18,678 bases of DNA, taken from the NCBI GenBank assembly GCA_031416315.1, contig JANOTL010000184.1, positions 1 to 18,678 on the forward strand, given 5' to 3'. This stretch comes from Pseudomonadota bacterium (GTDB taxonomy: Bacteria > Bdellovibrionota_B > Oligoflexia > Oligoflexales > CAIYRB01). Shown here one piece after another: positions 12,378-18,678 of this stretch; position 1 is the first letter of the stretch; each line of letters begins with the position of its first letter. The notes beneath the pieces are model-generated. The model was not told the DNA's origin. It saw nothing but the letters and a program-made list of their open reading frames with translations, and searched no databases. The translations under genes were made by a program, and so were the position numbers.

Positions 12378-13730
12378 ATGTCCATTTCGCGACTCATTCT
12401 CGTGATGTCTTCGGCTCTGCTGCTTCCCGCTTGCGCCCAGGGCGACGGGAAGTCTTCGAAGGCCGGCACGGCCGAGGTCGAGTTCGGCGCCGATGTGAAG
12501 GTCGGGCGCGGCGCGGTGACGCGCGAAGTCCTGGCCGACGGCACGCTGCATTCGCCGTCGAGCGCGCCGCTCACGATTCAGCGCATTCGCTGGTATTGGG
12601 ACTACAACATCTCGTGGACCGCGGAGGAAGGGGCCTTGGTGAAAGCCGGCGATCCCGTGGTGAAGCTCGACCCGTCGACGATCCAAAAGGACCTCACCGA
12701 CCGCGAGATCGAGCTGGAGCGCGCCAAGCTCGAGCTCGAGGAAGAGCGCCTCCGCACCGAGGACGAGAACGCCGACGCGCGGAGCGCCGTCACTCAGGCC
12801 GAGTTCGACGTCAAGCGAGAGCAGCTCTTGCTCACCGACTCCGACGCGGTCTCCGAGACGGAGAAAAGGCGGCAACGCCTCAAGGTCGAGGGCGCCAAGG
12901 CCGGGCTTCGGCGCGCGCAGGAGAAGGTCGCCGCCAGCATCGTCCGCGGGCAAAAACGCCTCGAGATGCAGAAAATCAAGGTGCAAAAGGTTGACGAGGA
13001 CGTGGCGGAGATGCGCCGCGGCCTGGACAAGACCGAGCTGAAGGCGCCGCAAGACGGGCTCGTGATTTTCCCCCTGTTCAGCGGCAATGCCGGCTGGCAG
13101 AAAGCGCGGCCCGGCGTCGGCGTGCAGGTGAACACGGTCGTCGCCGAGATCGCCAACCCGAAGGATCTCGTCGGCCGCATATACGTACCGGAGATCGACG
13201 CGGAGGGCCTCGCGCCGGGGACGCCGGGCGTCATGACGCTCGACATCGCGCCGGGCAAGGAGTTCCCGGGGAAGGTGCAGACGATCGCCGGAGTGCCGAG
13301 CACCGGCGCCGAGCGCGACGGCAACAAGACGCCGAAGCCGGCCGACAACTTGCGGCAATTCGAGGTCCTGTTCGTCCCGGAAGCGATGCCGCCGGAAGCC
13401 ATGCCGGGGATGACCGTGCGCGTCACCCTCCGGGCGCTCGAGCGTCCCGACGTCCTGCGCGTTCCCGCCGGCGCCCTAGCCGATCAGCCGCCGAAAGCGC
13501 CGGGCGAGAAGCCGAAGCCGCAAAAACCCGGGCAGCAAGGCTCGGGTTCCGGTCCCGACACGCCGGCGGTCGTAGAGACCGCCTTCGTCTACGCGCAAGG
13601 CCAAGGCGAGAAGACCACGGCCGGCGGCTGGGCCTGGCGCGAGGTCAAGCTCGGCGCGCAGTCGGTCAATTTCGCCGAGGTGCTCGAAGGCCTCAGCGAG
13701 GGCGATCTGGTGAAGCCCGTTCTCTGGTGA
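12378..13730 (+). CDS. Periplasmic adaptor (MacA/HlyD-like) 2, probable lipoprotein, 450 aa
   Basis: GGGAGG RBS, lipobox-like LLLPAC, AEEGALVKAGDPVVKLD and LKAPQDGLV lipoyl halves, coiled coil, MPGMTVRV, C-terminal REVKLG...EVLEGLSEGDLV membrane-proximal domain. Confidence 0.88.
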   Translation: MSISRLILVMSSALLLPACAQGDGKSSKAGTAEVEFGADVKVGRGAVTREVLADGTLHSPSSAPLTIQRIRWYWDYNISWTAEEGALVKAGDPVVKLDPSTIQKDLTDREIELERAKLELEEERLRTEDENADARSAVTQAEFDVKREQLLLTDSDAVSETEKRRQRLKVEGAKAGLRRAQEKVAASIVRGQKRLEMQKIKVQKVDEDVAEMRRGLDKTELKAPQDGLVIFPLFSGNAGWQKARPGVGVQVNTVVAEIANPKDLVGRIYVPEIDAEGLAPGTPGVMTLDIAPGKEFPGKVQTIAGVPSTGAERDGNKTPKPADNLRQFEVLFVPEAMPPEAMPGMTVRVTLRALERPDVLRVPAGALADQPPKAPGEKPKPQKPGQQGSGSGPDTPAVVETAFVYAQGQGEKTTAGGWAWREVKLGAQSVNFAEVLEGLSEGDLVKPVLW

Positions 13731-14577
13731 TCCGCGCGCGAAAGCCTTCACGGTAGCTCGGGTAGGCGAACTGGTAACCGGCGGCTTTCAGCCGCACGTT
13801 GGCGCAGCGACGGTTGCCGCCTTGGCGGGCGCGCGTGGCCTCGCCCTCCGGCGGCAACGCGAGACCGAGCTCCGCAGCGAGCCAAGCGACGATCTCCCCT
13901 TGTGGCGCGGGCTCGTCGTCGACCGCAATATAAATGAAATCTGGTTGATCTAGGGTCGCGAGGAACCGGACGACGCCGGCACAGTCATCGCGATGGATGC
14001 GGTTGGTCCACTGCGGCGGGCCGCCAGCGCGCGCGATGCCGCCGAGAACGCCGTCGAGGAGGCTTTCCCGGCCAGGACCGTAGATGCCGCCGAAGCGGAC
14101 GACGACGGCAGGGAGCGCGGCGGCTCGGAGCAGCGCCTCGCCCTGAAGCACGCGGCGTGCGGAGAAGGCGGCGCTCGCGTCGGCGACCGCCGATTTCTCG
14201 TCGACGAGCTCGCCGGCCGTCTGCGTGTAGACGCCGGTGCTCGAGGTAAAGAGGAAGCGTTGGAGACCCGGCACGTGCCGCTGCGCGAATGCGATGACCT
14301 GGCGCAGGCCGGCGACGTACGCGCGCTCGTACGCCGCGTCGGTGAATTCGCCCGCAGAAGCCGCGTAGACGACGTGCGTGAATTGCCGAGGCAGAAGCCG
14401 CGATGCGAGCTCGGGGTCCGTGAGATCGGCCGTGACCTGGTCGAGACCTTGGGGAATATCCGCGGACGCCCCCGGCCAGCTTCGCCGCACACCAGTCACC
14501 CGATGCCCGTCCTCGAGCAAGAGCGTGGCGAGCCGCATTCCGACATAGCCGCAGCCGGCGATCAGGTAGTGGCTCAT
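13693..14577 (-). CDS. NAD(P)-dependent epimerase/dehydratase, atypical SDR (YeeZ-like), 294 aa
   Basis: LIAGCGYVG Rossmann motif, FTSSTGVY, RFGGIYGPGR, TNRIHRDD, YPSYREG. ATG 14577 overlaps the upstream TGA (TGATG). Confidence 0.88.
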   Translation of the reverse strand: MSHYLIAGCGYVGMRLATLLLEDGHRVTGVRRSWPGASADIPQGLDQVTADLTDPELASRLLPRQFTHVVYAASAGEFTDAAYERAYVAGLRQVIAFAQRHVPGLQRFLFTSSTGVYTQTAGELVDEKSAVADASAAFSARRVLQGEALLRAAALPAVVVRFGGIYGPGRESLLDGVLGGIARAGGPPQWTNRIHRDDCAGVVRFLATLDQPDFIYIAVDDEPAPQGEIVAWLAAELGLALPPEGEATRARQGGNRRCANVRLKAAGYQFAYPSYREGFRARITRERASPDRPR

Positions 14578-16073
14578 CACGGCGTGAAAAACGACTCAGG
14601 CGACTTGATCTCGTACGTCGTCGCGATGCGCGCGTGCGCCGCGCTCAGACCGTCGAGGGCCAGCGCGACGACGCCACCCTCGCGGACAAAGGTGATCACC
14701 TCGAACGCTCGGCCGTCGCGCACCAGCGGCTTGTGGAGGGCTTCGATCAAGGATTTCATCGAGCTTACCTCTTGGCCGTTGACGGTCCGCACGACCTGCT
14801 GTTTGACGCCGTTGATGCCGCGATTGAACTCGTCGGCCAGCACACGGCTGACGAAGATGATGCGCTGGTCCGGGTCCTTCACCGGCTCGTTCTCGTAGAC
14901 GTAGGTGAACATGAGATCGAGCGGCGCCACGTCCTCCCACTCCCTGCCCCACTGCTTGAGGTAAGGCCGCGACAGCTCCTGAAAGATGAAGCCGCCGACG
15001 ATCAGATGCGGTTCCGGCTCGCCGTAGCGGTGGATGACGACGGGGTAACGGTTCGAGTCGAAACGCTCGAGCTTGCCTTCGACCGTCTGCGCCTGGCCCG
15101 CGCGCAGGACCTTGAGCCTAAGGGTCTCCCCCGCGAAGCGTCGGTTCAGGAGATAACGGAGGTGGAGCTTGCCCCACTTCGGATGGTCGTAGAAGCCGAG
15201 CTCGCTCACCTGCTGGCCGTCGACCTCGAGGAGGACGTCGTCCTTCTTCAAGAGATCGGCGAAGCTGGAGCTGACGGTGACCTCGGCGACGCGCACGCCG
15301 TGGTCTTCCTTTTCAGCGCCCAGGAGGCGGCGCATGTCGGGCGAGACGAGGGGCGCGAGCTGCACGCCGAGCGCCGGAAAGCCCTTGTAGGAGCCGCTGC
15401 CAACGTCCTCGAGGAAGTGGCGGATGACGGCGGCAGGAATGGCATAGACGTAGTTGGTGTCTTGGCCGCTGGCGATGCCGGTGAGATGCTGCCCGTCGAA
15501 GACGGGCTCGGACCAGCCGAGGCCGGTCTGCTGCACCTTGAAGAGGTAAGAGGCGACGTTGTAAGTGCTCGTGACCGCCGCGAAGATGTTGACCTCCTGC
15601 AAGGACGCTTGCATGCGCATGAGCTGGTAAGCGTCGCGAGCCTTCAGGATGAAGACTTTGTCATTCACCGCGAGGTCGTCGCCGATCGGCGCGGGCTTCA
15701 GTCGCTCGCCCGAGCTCTCGGCGTCGAGGTCCAAAAGCGCCAAGTTTACCTCGTAGTCCACCATCAAGGGGACTAAGGTCGTCTTCTTGGTCGAGCCGAA
15801 TTTCTGCATCTCGAGGAAAGCGGCGTCGGAGACCGCGTAGGCAGTGGTGAGGATGCGGGCCTTGCCGCCGACCTGGACGACGACGCCCAGGTGGGTTTGT
15901 TGCTCGACCTCCTCGAATTGCCAGGGCGCTGAGAAGTCGACTTGTCGCTTGGAGGCTAGGACGCGGACGACGGAGTCCTCGAAGCGTGACGCGGCGGCGT
16001 CGACGACGACCGTCTCCTGAGCGACGGCGCGCGGAGCGAGGCAGAGGAGCGCGAGGAGCAAGAGGTGGTTCAT
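14577..16073 (-). CDS. Exported Deg2-like HtrA paralogue (trypsin-like + 2 PDZ) lacking the catalytic triad; probable pseudoprotease, 498 aa
   Basis: Signal peptide (MNHLLLLALLCLAPRAVA). Collinear with the upstream protease (APWQ, YAIPAAVIRHFLEDV, DVLLEVDG, GGFIFQELSRPYLKQWG) but triad motifs read TTAYAV, EVNLALL and LGWSEP. Confidence 0.85.
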   Translation of the reverse strand: MNHLLLLALLCLAPRAVAQETVVVDAAASRFEDSVVRVLASKRQVDFSAPWQFEEVEQQTHLGVVVQVGGKARILTTAYAVSDAAFLEMQKFGSTKKTTLVPLMVDYEVNLALLDLDAESSGERLKPAPIGDDLAVNDKVFILKARDAYQLMRMQASLQEVNIFAAVTSTYNVASYLFKVQQTGLGWSEPVFDGQHLTGIASGQDTNYVYAIPAAVIRHFLEDVGSGSYKGFPALGVQLAPLVSPDMRRLLGAEKEDHGVRVAEVTVSSSFADLLKKDDVLLEVDGQQVSELGFYDHPKWGKLHLRYLLNRRFAGETLRLKVLRAGQAQTVEGKLERFDSNRYPVVIHRYGEPEPHLIVGGFIFQELSRPYLKQWGREWEDVAPLDLMFTYVYENEPVKDPDQRIIFVSRVLADEFNRGINGVKQQVVRTVNGQEVSSMKSLIEALHKPLVRDGRAFEVITFVREGGVVALALDGLSAAHARIATTYEIKSPESFFTP

Positions 16074-17704
16074 GAGCCGACTCCGGGTCCTTGGGGTTCG
16101 TCCGCGGGAGCCGGCGTCGACCCGGCATTCGGCACGGCGCCGGCAGGAACCGGCGGCGGCTGGGCCCCCGGCGGAGACGGCGCGCTCGCCGGCTCACCGG
16201 CGACCATACCGACGGCACCGTCTACCTCCGGCCCAAAGAGCCAGCGGTCGGGGCTCACGCCGTATTTGGCGTTGAGCTCGGCGTTGCGCGCCTTCACCGT
16301 GGCGCGGGACAAGACGAGCGGATCCTCGCTGCCGAAAAAGTCGATCACGGCGAACTCGCCTTCGCCGTTCTCCAGGCCCGCGATCAAATCCGGAAGCGAG
16401 CGCACCGGCTTGCCGTCGACCGCGATCACCATCGAATTGGCGTTCCCCGTCGAGTAGGCGTTGACGACGTCGGGAAGGCGCTTGGTCAAGACGACCATAT
16501 CGGACATTTCGCCCGCTTCGTCCTCGTACTCCGAATAAGCGTCGAAATAGCGCAAGGCGAGCGGCGCCGCGCGGTACCAGCGGTCGCCCCAGGTCTTGAG
16601 GAAGCTCCGCGTCAAGGTCGTGAACACGAGTCCACCCCACGTGAAGAACTTCGCGTGCTTTGCGTAGACGTGGCTCGGCGTGTGGTGCGGCTTCGCCGGC
16701 TGGACCGAGACGAGCACCGTCTCCACCTTGCCGTCGCGCACCAACTTGAATTCGGCTTGATCGCCCATCTGCTTCAAGTCGAAGAGCACCCGAAAGTCGA
16801 CGCGCTCACCGGCGAAGATCAGCTTGCCGTCGACGCCGATCGGGACGCCGTCGATGGCCAAAAGGATGTCACCGCCCTTGATCTTGCCGCTCGTCGGAGC
16901 CCACGGCGCGACGTGCGTGACCTGCACACCTCCCTCGACGCCTGTGACCCCGAAATACGCGGCCATCGAAGGATTCATCATCGCGCCTTCGATCGTGGCG
17001 AGCCCGTCTTCGGGATGGCCGTCGTACCGGCCGTCCTCGACGTCTTTCAAGAAGCGGCGCACGACCGGCGTCGGAATGATGTAGCCGGTGTTCTCCGCCG
17101 AGCGAAAGGTCTGAAATGCGACGCCGACGACGACGCTTCCCTGCACCACGGGGCCGCCGGAGTTGCCGGGGTTGATCGCGGAGTCGACTTGCACGAGCAA
17201 GTGATCGGCGTGGCCGGAGTGGACGTACTGCCGATAGGAGACGCGCGAGACGACGCCCTCGGTCACCGAGATCTGCTCGCCGCCCATGGGAAAGCCGATG
17301 GTCGAGACCGGCGTGCGCAGCTTCGGCAGGCCGCCGATACTCATCGGCTCGACGTCCTTCATGACGATGTCCGCGTCGTCCAGCTCGAGGATGGCGAGGT
17401 CGCAGTCGTGGCCCATGAACTTGACGCGGGCGGGCGACGGCTTCGACGCGCCGTCGCGCAAAACCGTGATGAAAGTGGCGTCGGCGACCACGTGCGCGTT
17501 GGTCATGATCCGGCCGTTGCCGATGTAGAAGCCGGTACCCGAGCTGCCGGTCGGCGCCGTGCGCTTCCACGGCTCGTTGAAATTGGGTGGGCTGGAAGTG
17601 ACGTTGATCTTGAAGACGGCCGAGCGCAACGTGTCGAGGCTGGCGGCCGAGGCGGTGCCCTCCGCCGCGAGGAGCGCGGCGAGGAGAAAAAGGCGCTTGT
17701 TCAT
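16070..17704 (-). CDS. Exported Deg2-like HtrA/DegP-family serine protease (trypsin-like + 2 PDZ), ~544 aa
   Basis: ATG 17704 with GGAG upstream and a signal peptide (MNKRLFLLAALLAAEGTASA). Intact triad: TNAHVV (His 17492-17494), DCDLAIL (Asp 17399-17401), INPGNSGGP (Ser 17159-17161). ENTGYIIPTPVVRRFLKD and GGLVFTTL are typical of the Deg2/Deg9 type. Pro/Ala-rich tail. Confidence 0.93.
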   Translation of the reverse strand: MNKRLFLLAALLAAEGTASAASLDTLRSAVFKINVTSSPPNFNEPWKRTAPTGSSGTGFYIGNGRIMTNAHVVADATFITVLRDGASKPSPARVKFMGHDCDLAILELDDADIVMKDVEPMSIGGLPKLRTPVSTIGFPMGGEQISVTEGVVSRVSYRQYVHSGHADHLLVQVDSAINPGNSGGPVVQGSVVVGVAFQTFRSAENTGYIIPTPVVRRFLKDVEDGRYDGHPEDGLATIEGAMMNPSMAAYFGVTGVEGGVQVTHVAPWAPTSGKIKGGDILLAIDGVPIGVDGKLIFAGERVDFRVLFDLKQMGDQAEFKLVRDGKVETVLVSVQPAKPHHTPSHVYAKHAKFFTWGGLVFTTLTRSFLKTWGDRWYRAAPLALRYFDAYSEYEDEAGEMSDMVVLTKRLPDVVNAYSTGNANSMVIAVDGKPVRSLPDLIAGLENGEGEFAVIDFFGSEDPLVLSRATVKARNAELNAKYGVSPDRWLFGPEVDGAVGMVAGEPASAPSPPGAQPPPVPAGAVPNAGSTPAPADEPQGPGVGS

Positions 17705-17901
17705 CGGGCTCCGAAGCGGCGGCGCCACTCGGCGAGCGGCGCGGCTTTAAAAAAGGGAATGACGCGCGTCCCTTCGGATAGCGTCGCCGACGGCGCGTCG
17801 TCGTATTCGTAGCAAGGTTTTGCCGCCTTCCTTCCGACCAGATCGACGAGTTTCGCCGTCGGGCCCGAAAGGAGCTGCGTCAAGTAAAGATCGGCGGACA
17901 T
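17701..17901 (-). CDS. Possible small leaderless ORF (66 aa) or long structured 5' leader of the protease operon
   Basis: ATG 17901 sits 6 nt after a -10 box, and its TGA overlaps the protease ATG (ATGA, 17704-17701). No recognisable motif. It contains codons atypical for this genome (TTT TTT AAA). Confidence 0.4.
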   Translation of the reverse strand: MSADLYLTQLLSGPTAKLVDLVGRKAAKPCYEYDDAPSATLSEGTRVIPFFKAAPLAEWRRRFGAR

Positions 17902-17907
17902 GCCCCG

Positions 17908-17936
17908 AGCTTAGTCCGCCGCTCCGAACGGGTCAA
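17908..17936 (-). promoter_or_regulatory. Sigma70-type promoter of the protease operon
   Basis: On the minus strand: TTGACC (17936-17931), 17 nt, TAAGCT (17913-17908), 6 nt, ATG (17901). Confidence 0.7.
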
Positions 17937-17996
17937 TTCTCGAGGACCGGCTCCGCAAATCAAGGAGCGCCCTACCCTAGGCGCCGCGTCGCGAGA

Positions 17997-18677
17997 TTAG
18001 GGCTGCTTCATGAAATCGATGATCATCTGCTTGTCGTTGGCGTTCAGCGCCAGCGCGGGATTGTGGGTGTTGTTCTCGAGCACGGTTTCGTCCGCGGCCT
18101 TGAGGCGCGGCTCGGCGTCGTTGAACTGGAGGTCCTGCGCGAGGTTCGAGCCCGTGGAGTGGCACTGCGCGCCGGCGCAGCTTCCGAGCAGGATCGGGCG
18201 CACGTCGTTGAACGTGAAGTTGGTGGTGGTGGCCCCGCCGGCGCCGTCGCTGACGACGGTGGCGTTCTTGAGGCCGTCGGTCGTCGGCTTCGCACACCCG
18301 GCGCGACCGTTGTTGCCGGTGTCGGCCGGGATCGTATTGCCGGTGTCGACGGTCCGATACTTGACGATGCCGTCGCCGATGACGGCCCAGTGAAACTTAT
18401 GCACGCCGGTGGCGCTTTTCGAGCAGTGGTAGAGGACCAGCTTGTCGGCCTTGATCGGGTCGAACTTCCCTTTCAGGGCGACTTCCATCGACGGGAAACG
18501 GCCGAAGATCTCCGCCTCGGTGCAACACCAGTTGACGAGCGAGTCGACGCAGTCCGAAGGCGAGTTGCCGCCGTTGACGACGGCGCGCCAGGCTTGGCCG
18601 GCCGCCTCGCACTGCTCGAGCGTCTTCGAGGCCGGGTCGGTGACGGGAGGCGCCTCTTCGCTGCCGGTGGCGACGCC
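17997..18677 (-). CDS. Cys-rich, probably exported protein with C-terminal cytochrome c-like domain (CX4CH); 5'-truncated by window edge
   Basis: Frame is open to the window end (GVATGSEEAPPVTDPASKTLEQCEAAGQAW...DCVDSLVNWCCTEAEIFGRFPSMEV...). C-terminus FTFNDVRPILLGSCAGAQCHSTG...LNANDKQMIIDFM resembles single-heme class I cytochrome c domains. TAA at 17999-17997. Confidence 0.65.
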   Translation of the reverse strand, partial: GVATGSEEAPPVTDPASKTLEQCEAAGQAWRAVVNGGNSPSDCVDSLVNWCCTEAEIFGRFPSMEVALKGKFDPIKADKLVLYHCSKSATGVHKFHWAVIGDGIVKYRTVDTGNTIPADTGNNGRAGCAKPTTDGLKNATVVSDGAGGATTTNFTFNDVRPILLGSCAGAQCHSTGSNLAQDLQFNDAEPRLKAADETVLENNTHNPALALNANDKQMIIDFMKQP

Positions 18678-18678
18678 G

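Noticed and set aside
14577..16073. Second HtrA paralogue as a pseudogene
   Set aside because: The 498-codon frame is uninterrupted, with normal codon bias, a signal peptide, conserved PDZ motifs and coupling at both ends. Loss is concentrated at the catalytic motifs.
17746..17757. Slippery-looking CCCTTTTTTAAA plus hairpin as a -1 frameshift fusing the small ORF to the protease
   Set aside because: No X XXY YYZ heptamer is in the small ORF's frame at the T-run, and the -1 frame hits TAA immediately.
17810..17826. Possible sigma54 site CGGCAAAACCTTGCT on the minus strand
   Set aside because: GG-to-GC spacing is 9 nt, whereas sigma54 requires 10.
17815..17845. Minus-strand CTGGTCGGAAGGAAGGCGGC resembling SRP RNA helix 8
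   Set aside because: The CAGG/AGCA internal loop and the paired stem around the GGAA tetraloop are not preserved, and there is no long enclosing helix.

Overview
GC-rich bacterial chromosomal window with no mobile element, CRISPR array or rRNA/tRNA. Gene style suggests a deltaproteobacteria-like lineage such as Bdellovibrionota/Oligoflexia (inference only). The plus strand carries 5'-truncated clpX, lon (with a ~70-aa charged insertion), a soluble orphan PAS histidine kinase behind a FliA/sigma28-like promoter, an 832-aa multi-TM protein whose middle reads as a catalytically degenerate class III nucleotide cyclase, and a five-gene MacAB-TolC-type ABC exporter operon with two different periplasmic adaptors. 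The minus strand carries a 5'-truncated Cys-rich protein with a CX4CH cytochrome c-like C-terminus, then a tightly coupled operon: a possibly leaderless 66-codon ORF, an intact Deg2-like HtrA protease, a paralogue whose catalytic triad is replaced (pseudoprotease), and a YeeZ-like SDR. The best leads are the protease/pseudoprotease pair and the membrane pseudo-cyclase with its kinase. All assignments come from reading motifs by eye; no searches were run.
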